DNA of 64,000 bases, taken from contig CAWFGE010000023.1 in NCBI GenBank assembly GCA_963815195.1, forward strand, positions 256,001 to 320,000, written 5' to 3'. Shown here piece after piece: positions 42,845 through 53,907 of this stretch. Each line of letters begins with the position of its first letter. Within the stretch, counting starts at the first letter, position 1. A model generated the notes under the pieces. It was not told where the DNA came from. It saw nothing but the letters and a program-made list of their open reading frames with translations, and did not search any database. This DNA comes from an uncultured Planctomycetaceae bacterium (GTDB lineage: Bacteria > Planctomycetota > Planctomycetia > Planctomycetales > Planctomycetaceae). The translations under genes were made by a program, and so were the position numbers.

Positions 42845-43339
42845 CTAGAACTCGTCGCGGCCAAACGAAAGTTCGACCGTCCGGCGTTCAATCCAGCGAG
42901 TGATGCGGGGCCGCGTCGGAAAGCTGAAACACATGACGGCGAGCAAGGCCCCCATCGCGGCCAGGCTCCACCAATTTATTTCCAGGAGATAGGCCACGCC
43001 ATTGAAAAACGCCGCTCCTTCGAGCAAGGCCAATTTGATAATCAGTTCCGTTTGATAGACCGGAACGAACGCGAGAAGCGCTTCGTCCGAGCGGGGATCA
43101 TAGGTTTCCTTTTCGACTTTGCTGAATTCGAGTTGCAGCCGCACAAACGCCTGGCCCACGAGAGCCAAAACGGCGAAAGCGATTCCAATGATCGTCAACT
43201 GGCCTTGTTGCGGTTGGTTCCCTTGCGTGATGAAGACCGCGATCAACAAAAAGATCAGCACACCCTGGATCAAGGCAAAGGCGATGATCTGCATCACAAA
43301 CACCATTTGGCGAGGATCTTGGTTGTTCGAGCCAGGCAT
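42845..43339 (-). CDS. Hypothetical membrane protein (about 4 TM) within the BMC locus
   Basis: Four hydrophobic segments; ALLEGAAFFN motif; tightly spaced in the operon. Confidence 0.75.
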   Translation of the reverse strand: MPGSNNQDPRQMVFVMQIIAFALIQGVLIFLLIAVFITQGNQPQQGQLTIIGIAFAVLALVGQAFVRLQLEFSKVEKETYDPRSDEALLAFVPVYQTELIIKLALLEGAAFFNGVAYLLEINWWSLAAMGALLAVMCFSFPTRPRITRWIERRTVELSFGRDEF

Positions 43340-43350
43340 CGCGATTCCCC

Positions 43351-43662
43351 TTAATCGGATGACTTAAATATGGATTTCGTTCCCAACATGACCTGATCGA
43401 CGATGCCGATGATCGCGGCGTCGACCGGGAGGTTTTTCGTTTCGGGGGTGAATCTGGCACTCGATCCTTGCACGCACAAGACGACTTCCCCTTCGCCCGC
43501 GCCGACCGCATCGACGACGACAAAGGTGCGTCCCGTGGGCTTGAGGCTGGTTTGATCCTCTTCGTTCACCCGCAACGGTTCGACGAGGAGCAGTTTTTGC
43601 CCGACCATCGACTCCACCTTGTAAGTGGAGACCAGCGACCCTGTAATTCGCGCCAGAAACAT
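43351..43662 (-). CDS. BMC pentamer shell protein (EutN/CcmL family)
   Basis: MFLARITGSLVST.K, DAVGAGEGE, GSSAR, DAAIIGIVD. Confidence 0.94.
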   Translation of the reverse strand: MFLARITGSLVSTYKVESMVGQKLLLVEPLRVNEEDQTSLKPTGRTFVVVDAVGAGEGEVVLCVQGSSARFTPETKNLPVDAAIIGIVDQVMLGTKSIFKSSD

Positions 43663-43731
43663 GCGGGTGTCAGTCTACGAATGTGTAAGTGAAAGTGTCA
43701 GTTGGTTAACAGTGTCATTCTCGGCAGGATG

Positions 43732-44922
43732 CTATTGGCGGCCCTGAATGAGTTGCTGCGCTTGCCGGGCGACGATGAGCTCCTCATTCGTCGGCATCAC
43801 CCAAATTTGGGTTCGGCTCGCATCTTTGGAAATCGGCATTTCGCCCCGAGCGGATTGATTGAGTTGCTCGTCGAGTTCAATCCCTGCGAATTCCAGGTTT
43901 TTTGTGGCCTCCGAGCGAATGCGGGCGCAGTTTTCTCCGATGCCACCCGTGAAGACGATCGCATCCGCCCCTCCTAGCATCGCAAGACAGGCGCCGAGAT
44001 ATTGCCGAATCGCGGCGGTGAATACTTCCAATGCCAAGTTGGCCCGCGCGTGTCCTTGGGCGGCGGCTTGTTCCAAGTCGCGGACATCGCCGCTGAGACC
44101 GCTGACACCTAACAGGCCGCTTTTTGTTGCCAGGTCCTTGAGCAGTTCTTCGAGCGATTTTCCTGTCGCCTTCATCAGCACGGGCAAGGCAAACGGGTCG
44201 AAATCGCCGACGCGATTGTTATGCGGCAGGCCCGATTGGGGGCTCATTCCTAAACTGTTTACCACCGACCGTCCATTCTCGATGCCACACAGAGAACTGC
44301 TGCCTCCCAGGTGACAGGAGATGATTTTTAAATCGTTTCGCGAGAGCAGTTCGGCCGTTCTCGTTGCAATATAGCGATGGCTGGCTCCGTGGAATCCCCA
44401 CCGCTGGACTTCGTACTTTTCTTTCCACTCATAGGGAACCGCGTAGGTACGGTTGGCTTCGGGGATCGTTTCGTGGAACGCGGTCTCGAGGGCAGCGACT
44501 AAGGGGATACTCGGAAACGCCGACTTCAGCTCCCGCATGGCCCGCACATAAGGGGGGTTATGCGCAGGCGCAATGTCCGCGAGTTGGTCCATCTTGTCGA
44601 GCAATTCCTCATCGACCAACCGTATGCCGGACAGCCGACCCGCAAACACCGTCTTAAAGCCGATCGCCGAAACTTCCGACACCGAAGACAGACACCCCGC
44701 GTCCGCGTCCGTGAGTTGCTCGAGGCATCGGCTCACCGCCACGGCATGATTGGGGATATGTTCCCGGGACTCGGAATGGATGTTGTTGATCTCGTGCGCA
44801 CAATGGCTTTCCGGCTGGCCGATCCGATCAATTCCGCCCTTGGCCAAATGCGTCTCGGTGGCCATATCAAACAGGCGGTACTTAAAACTGGTCGAACCAA
44901 GGTTGGCGACGAGGATTTTCAT
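43732..44922 (-). CDS. ackA: Acetate/propionate kinase
   Basis: [46 protein letters not shown]. Confidence 0.94.
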   Translation of the reverse strand: MKILVANLGSTSFKYRLFDMATETHLAKGGIDRIGQPESHCAHEINNIHSESREHIPNHAVAVSRCLEQLTDADAGCLSSVSEVSAIGFKTVFAGRLSGIRLVDEELLDKMDQLADIAPAHNPPYVRAMRELKSAFPSIPLVAALETAFHETIPEANRTYAVPYEWKEKYEVQRWGFHGASHRYIATRTAELLSRNDLKIISCHLGGSSSLCGIENGRSVVNSLGMSPQSGLPHNNRVGDFDPFALPVLMKATGKSLEELLKDLATKSGLLGVSGLSGDVRDLEQAAAQGHARANLALEVFTAAIRQYLGACLAMLGGADAIVFTGGIGENCARIRSEATKNLEFAGIELDEQLNQSARGEMPISKDASRTQIWVMPTNEELIVARQAQQLIQGRQ

Positions 44923-44980
44923 GTTCAGCGATCCATGCTCCACGGAGAGAAAAAGTCGATGCGAGCCAGGTTTTAGGACC

Positions 44981-45331
44981 CTATAAGAAGCTTTGGATCA
45001 GCGTCGGTTCCGGGCGGGCGATGACGTGAGCGCTCACGAGTTCGCCCACCTGCGATGCCGCGGCGGCCCCGGCATCGACGGCGGCGCGGACGGAGCCGAC
45101 ATCGCCTTTAATAACGGTGGTCACAAAGCCCCCGCCGATTTGAATCTGCTTGACAAGGCTGACGTTCGCTGCTTTGAGCATGGCGTCGGACGCTTCGATC
45201 TGCGCGATCAAGCCCTTGGTCTCGATCATTCCGATGGCTTCACTGGTCATAGTGGTTTGTTTCTCGCTTGTATCTGGGGTTTTCTGCTTCGCCGATTTGG
45301 AAGCGGACGAATTTGTGGAAGTATTAGACAT
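44981..45331 (-). CDS. BMC hexamer shell protein (start may instead be the internal Met near 45250)
   Basis: [34 protein letters not shown]. Confidence 0.93.
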   Translation of the reverse strand: MSNTSTNSSASKSAKQKTPDTSEKQTTMTSEAIGMIETKGLIAQIEASDAMLKAANVSLVKQIQIGGGFVTTVIKGDVGSVRAAVDAGAAAASQVGELVSAHVIARPEPTLIQSFL

Positions 45332-45421
45332 CACCGGGCCTGTTTGATTCCTAGTGCCGGAACTTAAACGGACAGAATGTCGGTGGATTGCACTGGCAAC
45401 ACGTTGCCCGTGGCACCCTCA

Positions 45422-45706
45422 CTATTTCGATTTCGGCAACACGCTCGAGAGTTCTTCATGCGGGCGGGGAATGACTTGCACGCTGACGACTTCGCCGATT
45501 TTGCTGGCCGCGCTGGCCCCGGCATCGACCGCGGCTTTCACCGCGGCGACGTCGCCCACGACAAACGCCGTCACCAGACCGCTGCCCACTTTTTCCCAGC
45601 CAATCGAGCGGACATTGGCGGATTTGAGCATGGCATCCACAGCTTCGATAAGACAGACAAGCCCCTTGGTTTCGATCATCCCCAGGGCTTCCATTGCATT
45701 GGCCAT
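45422..45706 (-). CDS. BMC hexamer shell protein
   Basis: [25 protein letters not shown]. Confidence 0.95.
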   Translation of the reverse strand: MANAMEALGMIETKGLVCLIEAVDAMLKSANVRSIGWEKVGSGLVTAFVVGDVAAVKAAVDAGASAASKIGEVVSVQVIPRPHEELSSVLPKSK

Positions 45707-45796
45707 TTGTGGTTTCTCCTTGGTAGAGAACAGGAAAGAGTTGTTAACGGTGTCGGTTCGTGTCTGCGTTTCTAACTTCTACTCCTGCGCCTCTCC

Positions 45797-45855
45797 CGTA
45801 GCGGCGGCTTCCAGCCGCCGAGCTTTGTATACGGCGGCAAGATGCCGCCGCTACG
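45797..45855. repeat. GTAG-type REP doublet, family B, copy 2
   Basis: CGTAGCGGCGGCTTCCAGCCGCCG...GGCAAGATGCCGCCGCTACG. Confidence 0.85.
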
Positions 45856-45868
45856 TTGGCGGCTCGAG

Positions 45869-46570
45869 TTACTCGCGGTGGCAGGCGCAGGGTTTGGGTT
45901 TGATGAGATCGACTTTTGTTGCACCGTCCAGGTTGACGGCGTTGCCTTCGTCCGTATCGATGTGCACTTCGAGCTTGATTCGGTCGCCCGCACGGATGAC
46001 GAGGTCTTCGAGCACGGTGGTGCAGCCGGCGGATTCCACGCGGAGGTGCATGACATCGCCATTTTTGACGCCGTAGTATTGTAAGTCCGCCGAGCCCATA
46101 TGCACGTGCCGCATGGCGCGGATCACGCCTTGGTTCAATTCGACCGATCCGTTCGGGCCGACGAGCAAACAGCCGGGCGTGCCTTGGATGTCGCCGCTGA
46201 TCCGCACGGGCAGGTCGATGCCCAGCGAAATGCCGTCGGTAAACGCCAGCTCGACTTGGGAATCGCCCCGGCAGGGGCCGAGCACGCGGACGCTGGGGAG
46301 CATTCGCCGGCGGGGGCCGATGATCGCCACGGTTTCCTTGGCGGCATAGTAGCCGTCTTGATAGAGATCTTTCACGGGTTCCAGTTCGGGTTTGCCGAAC
46401 AGGATTTGCACGTGTTCATCGGTCAGGTGCACGTGGCGGGCCGAGATATTGACGACGAGAGGATTGGGTTTCGCGGCCGCGGCCGGAGGGCCGGGGCTAC
46501 GCTGGGCGAGCACCTGGCGGACCAGTTGTTCGATGTCCGAGCGGCTGATGGCGCGTGAAACCTGTGTCAT
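45869..46570 (-). CDS. pduL: Phosphate propanoyltransferase PduL
   Basis: [36 protein letters not shown]-terminal encapsulation-peptide-like helix. Confidence 0.95.
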   Translation of the reverse strand: MTQVSRAISRSDIEQLVRQVLAQRSPGPPAAAAKPNPLVVNISARHVHLTDEHVQILFGKPELEPVKDLYQDGYYAAKETVAIIGPRRRMLPSVRVLGPCRGDSQVELAFTDGISLGIDLPVRISGDIQGTPGCLLVGPNGSVELNQGVIRAMRHVHMGSADLQYYGVKNGDVMHLRVESAGCTTVLEDLVIRAGDRIKLEVHIDTDEGNAVNLDGATKVDLIKPKPCACHRE

Positions 46571-46618
46571 GGTTGTTGTCATTCCAGGATGGGGCAATGG
46601 AATGCCTGGGGCACGATT

Positions 46619-47392
46619 TTAATTGTCTCGGCACGGGAATGCGTCGGCGATGGTGACTCGGACGCCCGCCTCGTCCAAAGTTCGCCGCCAATGGGGAGAG
46701 ATGCCGGAGTCGACGACCAGATGGTCGATGGCCTCCAGTCCGCACAGGTGCGAGAGGGCCGAGCGGCCCAGCTTTCCGCTGTCGCAAACGACCACAACTT
46801 CATCGGCGGACTGCATCATTTGGCGTTCGGTTTCGACCAGGAGGGCGTTGCTGTTAAACAGGCCTTTTTCCGTGATTCCGCCCACGCTCATGATGAGCCG
46901 ATGGGCGTTGATGGTTTTCAAACTCGCGACGGCGACGGGTCCCAAGGCCACTCCGGTTTTGGGATACAGGTAGCCGCCGATCAATATCAATTCGACTCCC
47001 GACTGGTTGGCGAGGAGATTGGCGATCGGCAGCGAATTGGTGACGATCTGGTAGGGTTTCCCGATCAACTGCCGGGCGACTTCCAAAGTCGTCGTGCCGC
47101 CGTCCAAAATCACCGTCTCTTCGGGCTGGATGAGTTGGGCGGCGGCTTTGGCGATGACTTGCTTCTCCCGCGAGGCGTGCCGGCTGCGGTCTTCGAACCC
47201 GGAAAGGGATTCTCCCGTGAAGGCCGCCCCTCCCCGCGTGCGGCGGATTTGACCGATTCCGTCAAGATACTCCAAATCCCGTCGCACGGTGGACTCGCTG
47301 GCACCCGATGTGTCCACAAGTTCCTGAACGGACACAAATCCATTATTTTCAATGAGTTGTAAAATGCGTTTCCGCCGTTCGTCAACCAGCAC
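46619..47392 (-). CDS. DeoR/GlpR-family transcriptional regulator of the BMC locus
   Basis: [36 protein letters not shown] start chosen, alternative ATG at 47434. Confidence 0.93.
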   Translation of the reverse strand: MLVDERRKRILQLIENNGFVSVQELVDTSGASESTVRRDLEYLDGIGQIRRTRGGAAFTGESLSGFEDRSRHASREKQVIAKAAAQLIQPEETVILDGGTTTLEVARQLIGKPYQIVTNSLPIANLLANQSGVELILIGGYLYPKTGVALGPVAVASLKTINAHRLIMSVGGITEKGLFNSNALLVETERQMMQSADEVVVVCDSGKLGRSALSHLCGLEAIDHLVVDSGISPHWRRTLDEAGVRVTIADAFPCRDN

Positions 47393-47767
47393 CAGCCGAT
47401 TCCTTATTCTTGCAAGTTCTCCTCGTTTCTCCATTATGCCAAGACGTGACAACGAGTGCAATCAAAATCAGTCACATACATTCAAAAAACTCCAAATACT
47501 TTCGCGATTGATGACTGCGTTCCCAACGCGCGAAGAGGCTGCGGCGCGAAAAGTGTACGATGAAAAACGACCCGCCGCGCAAAATGGGGAGAATTTCCCC
47601 GTGAATTTGGGAAATGCAAGTTGCAGCATGGGGAAGGTTGCCGGTTCTGCCGGTCAATCCGAAAACCTGGCCAAATTCTGGAACATCCTCTCTGTTCCTG
47701 GGAAAACTTCTTCGTACAATTTCCACCAACTTCCCCATTTCCCCTCCAACCTCAAGAGGATCGCCGC

Positions 47768-48817
47768 ATGCCCAACAAGTCCGATTATCTTCACACCCCC
47801 GTCGAGCATTTGGACATCACCCGCCACAACGTGATTCCCTGGGTCGAGCCGATGCAGCACGCGGCGTTCAGCGCCCGCGATTTGTACCGGGCGGCGAGCA
47901 TTTATGATTTGATGCTGCGGGACGAGAATTGCGGCGTGATTTTGTGTCTGGCCGGCTCGCTGATCAGCGCGGGGCTCAAGAAGATTTTCGTGGATTTGAT
48001 CCGCCACAACATGGTGGACGCCATTGTCTCCACCGGGGCGAACATCGTTGATCAGGATTTCTTCGAGGCGTTGGGGTTTCGGCATTATGTCGCGGAAGAG
48101 CGGCTGAAATCCGGCTTGTTCGACGATGAACTCCGCCAACAAAACATCGATCGGATTTACGACACGCTGATCAATGAGGACGAGCTCAGAATTTGCGACG
48201 AGACCGTGACCCAGGTCGCCAACCAGTTGGAGCCGCGGCCGTATTCTTCGCGGGAGTTCATCGGCGAGATGGGGCGATGGCTGACGCAGAACGGCCGCGA
48301 GCGGGCGGAGAGCATCGTGCTGGAAGCGTTTCGGCGGGATGTGCCGATCTTCGTGCCCGCGTTCAGCGACTGCTCCGCCGGGTTTGGATTAATCGCCCAC
48401 CAGGCGGCCCGGGAAGAAGGGCCGAGCGTGAGCATCGACAGCGTCCGCGATTTTCACGAGCTTTCCAAATTGAAGATTCATGCCGGCGACACGGGGCTCT
48501 TGATGATCGGCGGCGGCGTGCCCAAGAACTTCGCCCAGGACATTGTGGTCGCAGCGGATATCCTGGGCCACGAAGCCTCCATGCACAAATACGCCATCCA
48601 GGTGACGGTGGCCGACGCGCGGGACGGGGCGCTTTCGGGTTCGACGCTCAAGGAAGCCTGCAGTTGGGGCAAAGTCGATACGGTGCACGAGCAGATGGTG
48701 TATAGCGAAGCCACCTTGGCCGTTCCGCTGATCGCCGGATACGCCTATCACAAGGAAGGTTGGAAAAACCGGCAGCCCAAACACTGGAGCCGGGTGCTCT
48801 CCGCGGTGAACGTTTAG
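47768..48817 (+). CDS. Deoxyhypusine-synthase-like protein (probably polyamine/homospermidine synthesis)
   Basis: VSTGAN, PAFSDCS.G, GGGVPKN, GALSGS..EACSWGK. Confidence 0.92.
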   Translation: MPNKSDYLHTPVEHLDITRHNVIPWVEPMQHAAFSARDLYRAASIYDLMLRDENCGVILCLAGSLISAGLKKIFVDLIRHNMVDAIVSTGANIVDQDFFEALGFRHYVAEERLKSGLFDDELRQQNIDRIYDTLINEDELRICDETVTQVANQLEPRPYSSREFIGEMGRWLTQNGRERAESIVLEAFRRDVPIFVPAFSDCSAGFGLIAHQAAREEGPSVSIDSVRDFHELSKLKIHAGDTGLLMIGGGVPKNFAQDIVVAADILGHEASMHKYAIQVTVADARDGALSGSTLKEACSWGKVDTVHEQMVYSEATLAVPLIAGYAYHKEGWKNRQPKHWSRVLSAVNV

Positions 48818-49093
48818 AATCCAGCATCCGGTTCGCGCAGGGAAGAACCGGGGCTAGCGCCCTGCGGCTAATTCTTTCGATCCCAAGTTTTCGGTTTGAC
48901 GCACGGGTGCCGGGGGCGCAAAGAGACGTTCCAAGGAAAGAGCTTTGAGGCCTGGGGCCGTGTGAGATTTTTCTCGCCCGGCCACAGCCCCAGCATTCAC
49001 CGTTCAAGCCTTGTTCCAACGGCGATTTGCGCCCCAGCCACCCAAACGCTTACAGTGTGAGCACTTTCATTAAAGCGGCAAAGCCGCAACCAA

Positions 49094-49152
49094 CGTAGCG
49101 GCGGCATCTTGCCGGGGTAGATCGATCTCGGCGGCTGGAAGCCACCGCTACG
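49094..49152. repeat. GTAG-type REP doublet, family B, copy 3 (inverted)
   Basis: CGTAGCGGCGGCATCTTGCC...CGGCGGCTGGAAGCCACCGCTACG. Confidence 0.85.
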
Positions 49153-49193
49153 AGAGACGCGCGCACGACGCCCAGAAGCTACAAACTCAGAAA

Positions 49194-49566
49194 CTATTGG
49201 GCACTCTGCATGTCGGGGCGGAGGTTTTGGGCGTCTCGCAAATAGATGTGGCGGATCTCTGCGGGGGTTTTGTCGGTTTCTGCGTGGATCAACACGCGAA
49301 TGCAGCGCGGCATGCTGCCGGGGACGGGGATTTCCTGCGCAGAGCAGCGGGACCTGACCCATCCCCATGCGGCGGGCGGCCTCGGCGGGAAAGGTGGATT
49401 TCAGGTCGCTCGTCGTGGTGAAGATCGCGGAGACGACGTCGTCGAATTCTGTGATCTGATTCGCGCGGAGGAGTTCTTCCAACAGTTCCCGCGTGGCCGA
49501 CAGAATGAGTTCCGGCTCATCCGCTTCGACAGTGATCGCCCCCCGAATTCCTCGCATGGCCGGCAT
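49194..49566 (-). CDS. aroH: Chorismate mutase, AroH class; apparent 2-bp frameshift near 49338
   Basis: [20 protein letters not shown]; shifted frame [25 protein letters not shown]. Confidence 0.92.
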
Positions 49567-49727
49567 ATGCTGTTTGGTGCTGTGAAAAAACTGGTGATCT
49601 CAAACACTCGCCCGCCCCACGTTAACAGGAACCCGTTCTCTCAGCAAGAATGCGGCGGACGAACCCGCCCGAGACCTCACCGGGACTGCATCAAGCGTTA
49701 TTCAACCACGGCGGCAAGACGGAGAAG

Positions 49728-49798
49728 ACAAGCCTGGCAAAGCCAGTGTCACAAGTGGCACACCGCAGTGGCAAAGGCGGTGGCACAAGTGGCAGACT
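49728..49798. repeat. Short tandem GTGGCAC/TGGCAAAG repeat cluster
   Basis: tggcaaagccagtgtcacaagtggcac followed by tggcaaaggcggtggcacaagtggcag. Confidence 0.55.
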
Positions 49799-50025
49799 TT
49801 GGGAAAGCGGGGTTTACGGGGAGCGGCGCGGTTTTCTATCTTGGAATTGGAAACAGGCGGGAAGGTCCTCGCGTCTACAGCGGAGGGAGCATCTCATGTG
49901 GTTTGGCTGGAATTATTTGATCGGGATTGTGTTGGCGGAAATCTGGCAGACGGTGGTGTGGTTTCTGCTCAGCCTGCCCGGATAGTCGGCGATTGTTCCG
50001 TGTGCGTCACAATTGTGCGGAAACC

Positions 50026-52926
50026 CTACGGCTCGGCCTGAGTGCGGGCGGGGAGTTTCGGGAGCCGGGCGAGGTTGGCTCCGACATCGGTGCCGTCGGT
50101 GGCCCCGTCCACGGCGCGGTTGTTGAGGGCCTCGCGATCGAGGGCCAGGTCGCCCGCCGTGATCTCGGAGAACTCCATGCCGACCCAATTGACTTTCCAG
50201 GCGAAGCCGCCGTCGAGGGCGGCCTCTTCTTTGGTACCCTTGGCGGCTTCGGCGTTTTTCCAGCCGTTGACCCATTGCTCGAAGTTCCAGGGGTCTCGGA
50301 AAGAGGCTTCCCAGAACACGTGGAACCCGTCGTAAAAATTCTTCCGGCCGTACCAGCGGAGCAGCGACCCGAAGGCTTCCGCTTCGCTGCTGCCGGTCAT
50401 GGAGACGAGCGGGTTGTTGTTGGTATTTGTGGCGATGAGATTGTCCTGGCTGTTGGTCACGTCGAGGGGCACGAGATCGCGGGGCGTGTCGCCCGAGTCC
50501 ATGCGGATCAGGCTGTTGCCCACGAGGCAGGTGGAGTGCTCCAAACGGAGTTCGACGTGGTCGCCTTCGGCGGGCATGTCCAGGCTGCCCTCGGCGACGA
50601 GCAGCGAACCTTCCACAGCAAACGCCGAGCCGTCCACGTCGATCTTCCCGGGCAAGGTGTGGCGGGCGAGGAACACGTTGCAAGCGCCGCGGATGAAGCT
50701 GTTTTGAATCTTGACGCGAAACTCGGTCCGCGCCGGTTCGCTGTCCTGATTCATCATCATTTTCATGTCTTTGGCCATTTGCGACGCCGGGGCCGGGAGC
50801 AATTCCACCACCGAGGCCAAGTGGTTGTCCGGCGCATTGACCGTCACGGTGACGTTTTGGAGCAGCATCCGCCCGCCGCCTTCCAGCGAGGCAATCGCCC
50901 AGGTTTGCGAGGCGTCCGCACCGGCTGGCGGGGCGAGTTGGAAATCCAGGTTGATGAGATCGACGGAGGCTTTGGAGAGTTGGAACAGCCGCGTGGTCAG
51001 CCCTTCCGCGGGCGTGCCGATGCCCGCAAAGTGCAACAGCGGCCGATGGCCTTCCCCCGCGCGAATCGTGAGGCTTTTGTTTTTGATGCGAATCGGCTTG
51101 TTGAGGACATCGGGCAAAAGACCGTCGTGGTGGATTTCCACGATTTGTCCGTCCTGGGCCGCCGTGCACGCGGCTTCCAGCGTGCGTTTTGTTTCGCCTT
51201 GGCTACTGTCGCTGTTGATGATCACATACGGCCGAGTTTCGACATTCTCCATCGGATCTACCGTCGGCGCGGAGCCGCTCGCGACTTGATCGGGCGGGGA
51301 AGCGGGCTTCGGTTCGGAATTGTGATTGACCAGGCCCGGCGTCTTGGCGGATGTCTGCGGCGGTTCGCTCGGGAAATCACTGTCCGGATCGTCGTCATCC
51401 CGCGGATCCAAAACCGATTTCATGTTGAAGGGCGGTTTCACCCCGTCGGCTGTGGCTTGGGATTCTCCCGGGCCCACCGTCATGGGCGAATCGCGGGTCG
51501 AATTTTTTTCCGGTTCCGTGGGCGAGGGGGTCTGGATGTCCGGCGGGACCGGGGCTTTGATGGAGGACGCTGCCGGCGGACTCGTGGAATTTGGATTCTC
51601 CGAGTCCCCCGCCGGCCAGTTTTCGAGAGGCGAAGAGGGCGAATTTTCCGCCGTCAGCTTCATTCGGCCCGGGCGGTTGGGGTCGTCCACAGATGCCAGC
51701 GAGGGACCGGTGCCCAAACTGGGGAACCGCCAGACCACAAACACGATCAAGAGCAGGACCGACAGACTGGCCACCCAGCCGAGATTGCGTTCCCAGAAGG
51801 TCACTTTGGGGGGCGCGATGTGCCGCCAGATCAGGCCGTCGGCGGGCAAGCCGCGGAGCCCCAACCGGCCCGCGACGGGCATCAAATCCCGCATCAACTG
51901 TTCGGGCGTGGCGTAGCGCTGCTTCGGGTCACTGGCCATCATTTTCTGGCAGATGGCGGACAAATCCGGGGGAACGTGGCGGTTTTTGAGGGCGGGGTCT
52001 GGGGCCTCTTTGCCTTGATGATCCAACAACTTCTGAAGCACCGTGCCTTCGGGATAAGGCGGCAGGCCGGTCAGTGCATGATACAGCGTGCAGCCCAGGG
52101 AATAGATGTCGCTGCGGACGTCGGCGGTGCGGGGGTCTTTGGCTTGCTCGGGCGAGATGTAGTCGAAGGTTCCGAGCGTCGTGCCTGCGAGCGTCAATTC
52201 GTTTGCGGATTCGGAATTCTGCTTGCGGGCCAGTCCCAAATCGACCAGCTTCGCCCGCGCGGCCGGGGTGATGATGATGTTCGAGGGCTTGATGTCCCGG
52301 TGCACGACGCCCGCCGCATAGGTGTGGTTCAAGGCCCCGGCGATTTGGATGGTGTAATTCACCGCGTCGGCCGGCGTCATCGGGCCGCCTTCGCGGATCA
52401 GATCCCGCAGATTGGTGCCAGTGATGTATTCGAACGCGATAAAATGCAGCCCGTGGTCTTCGCCGATGTAATACACGCGGGCGATGTTATCGTGATCCAA
52501 CCGGGCGGCGGCGCTGGCTTCGTTCTGAAAGCGTTTGACGGAGGATTCGTCCCGCGACTGCGCCGGCCCGAGGACTTTCAGGGCGACCTCGCGCTGCAGG
52601 CGGGTGTCCTCGGCGCGAAACACCGCCCCCATCCCGCCGATGCCGATGCGTTCTTTCAGCACGAAATGCCCCAGTTCGAACCCGGCGGGCGAGGGCAGGG
52701 GCTCGTCCAGGCTTTCATCCGAGCTGCCCAGGGACGCGGGAAACAAACGCTGCCAAACGCTCGATGTCGGCTGCGAAGCTGGGGGCGGCTCAGATTCCGA
52801 ACGCCGGCCTTCGGGATTGACGACCGTTTCCGGGCGATGGGAAAGCACCGGCAACGCGGGAAACGCGAACGCCCCCGAAGAAGACCCGCTTCCGGGGAAG
52901 GGCTGGCCGGTATGGGAGGAGGTCAT
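50026..52926 (-). CDS. Hanks-type Ser/Thr protein kinase, single TM, extracytoplasmic beta-helix-like domain
   Basis: IGIGGMGAVF, VALKVL, HRDIKPSN, DLGLAR, YISPEQ, SDIYSLG; TM helix; Pro-rich linker; beta-rich C-terminus. Confidence 0.93.
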   Translation of the reverse strand: MTSSHTGQPFPGSGSSSGAFAFPALPVLSHRPETVVNPEGRRSESEPPPASQPTSSVWQRLFPASLGSSDESLDEPLPSPAGFELGHFVLKERIGIGGMGAVFRAEDTRLQREVALKVLGPAQSRDESSVKRFQNEASAAARLDHDNIARVYYIGEDHGLHFIAFEYITGTNLRDLIREGGPMTPADAVNYTIQIAGALNHTYAAGVVHRDIKPSNIIITPAARAKLVDLGLARKQNSESANELTLAGTTLGTFDYISPEQAKDPRTADVRSDIYSLGCTLYHALTGLPPYPEGTVLQKLLDHQGKEAPDPALKNRHVPPDLSAICQKMMASDPKQRYATPEQLMRDLMPVAGRLGLRGLPADGLIWRHIAPPKVTFWERNLGWVASLSVLLLIVFVVWRFPSLGTGPSLASVDDPNRPGRMKLTAENSPSSPLENWPAGDSENPNSTSPPAASSIKAPVPPDIQTPSPTEPEKNSTRDSPMTVGPGESQATADGVKPPFNMKSVLDPRDDDDPDSDFPSEPPQTSAKTPGLVNHNSEPKPASPPDQVASGSAPTVDPMENVETRPYVIINSDSSQGETKRTLEAACTAAQDGQIVEIHHDGLLPDVLNKPIRIKNKSLTIRAGEGHRPLLHFAGIGTPAEGLTTRLFQLSKASVDLINLDFQLAPPAGADASQTWAIASLEGGGRMLLQNVTVTVNAPDNHLASVVELLPAPASQMAKDMKMMMNQDSEPARTEFRVKIQNSFIRGACNVFLARHTLPGKIDVDGSAFAVEGSLLVAEGSLDMPAEGDHVELRLEHSTCLVGNSLIRMDSGDTPRDLVPLDVTNSQDNLIATNTNNNPLVSMTGSSEAEAFGSLLRWYGRKNFYDGFHVFWEASFRDPWNFEQWVNGWKNAEAAKGTKEEAALDGGFAWKVNWVGMEFSEITAGDLALDREALNNRAVDGATDGTDVGANLARLPKLPARTQAEP

Positions 52927-53349
52927 AATTTCCCGGACTTTCCAGTGAAATTCGCTCGGTAAGATGTGTTTATTATATAACTTGGGGAAGCAGGGTCAAA
53001 GAACACTTCCTTGATTCCGCGAAACCCAAAATCGGCATCGACCGAGGGAAAATTCAGCAAAAAAATCCCGCGACGCGCGGCGGCGCCATCAACGAAACGC
53101 TTTTGGAAAAATGCCGGCACGCTCAAAGAGGGGAAAAATCGCGTACCCGGGGAATTGTCGCCGTTTTTTATGTTGAATCAACCTGCAATACTTCGTTTTA
53201 CGAAAGAAATCGGCCCGGCGTGGGAAGAAAACCGATCGCCGGAAGATTTTCCGATGAAAAACGCAAAACCCTTTTTGACAAGCAGTTGCGGAAGGGATTC
53301 CTCCAGGTTACCATAAATGCATCGCAGAAACCTGTTTGGAAATGGGAAT

Positions 53350-53673
53350 TCACTTGATTCCCATCAGAATCTGATCGATCTCCTGATCGATGGATTCCAA
53401 ATACGCCCGGACCGCCTGGAACAATTCATCGCTATAGTTTTCACTTTCCAGCACCCGGGCGACTTCATTTCGGACCGTTATGTCTTCTATCCCCGCTTCG
53501 GGGTCCAATTCGTAATCTTTCGAGGAATTTGATTTGGGCCGGACCAATCGGCCTAATTGTTTGGTGCGCGGCAAGAGATTTCGTTCCACATGTTCGGTCA
53601 GCTCGCGAGCGACAAGGCTCGCTTCCTTGAATTTGTCCCGCAGCGTCAAATCGTCAAGGTCGGCTCGAGGCAT
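53350..53673 (-). CDS. Hypothetical helical protein (107 aa)
   Basis: Clean ORF with protein-like composition, same strand as the kinase. Confidence 0.6.
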   Translation of the reverse strand: MPRADLDDLTLRDKFKEASLVARELTEHVERNLLPRTKQLGRLVRPKSNSSKDYELDPEAGIEDITVRNEVARVLESENYSDELFQAVRAYLESIDQEIDQILMGIK

Positions 53674-53907
53674 GGGAATCGTTTGGTAGATGGGAAATGG
53701 GATGAAGGTTTTGGGAAAATTCTATCAACCCGGAACTTCCTGGAAGCCGGAAAATTGAAAATTCCGTCCGCTTACTCCATAGTTGGCACGAATGTTCCGC
53801 TCGTTACGGAGTTTTCCGGACTTTTTGAAACGTCAAACTCCAACCCACAGACGCAGCCGGCGGGGAATTCGTTCCACGGTTTTTAGACTCAAGCTGAAGG
53901 ACTCCGG

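Noticed and set aside
44981..45334. N-terminal S/T/K-rich extension on a BMC hexamer protein
   Set aside because: The start codon is ambiguous. The internal Met (MTSEAIG) gives a normal-length protein, so the extension cannot be supported from sequence alone.
36739..47392. The BMC locus as a novel system
   Set aside because: Gene content and order match the described Planctomycetes/Verrucomicrobia microcompartment for fucose/rhamnose catabolism. Only the accessory genes were flagged.
49927..52962. Long antisense ORFs such as 49927-52962 (+, 1011 aa), 19923-21674 (+), 9654-11186 (-) and 159-995 (+)
   Set aside because: Shadow ORFs opposite well-supported genes in high-GC DNA, with no recognisable motifs.
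52927..53349. AT-richer intergenic stretches (also 35891-36443 and 47400-47760) as ncRNA genes
   Set aside because: No recognisable tRNA, riboswitch or conserved RNA motif; consistent with ordinary promoter regions.
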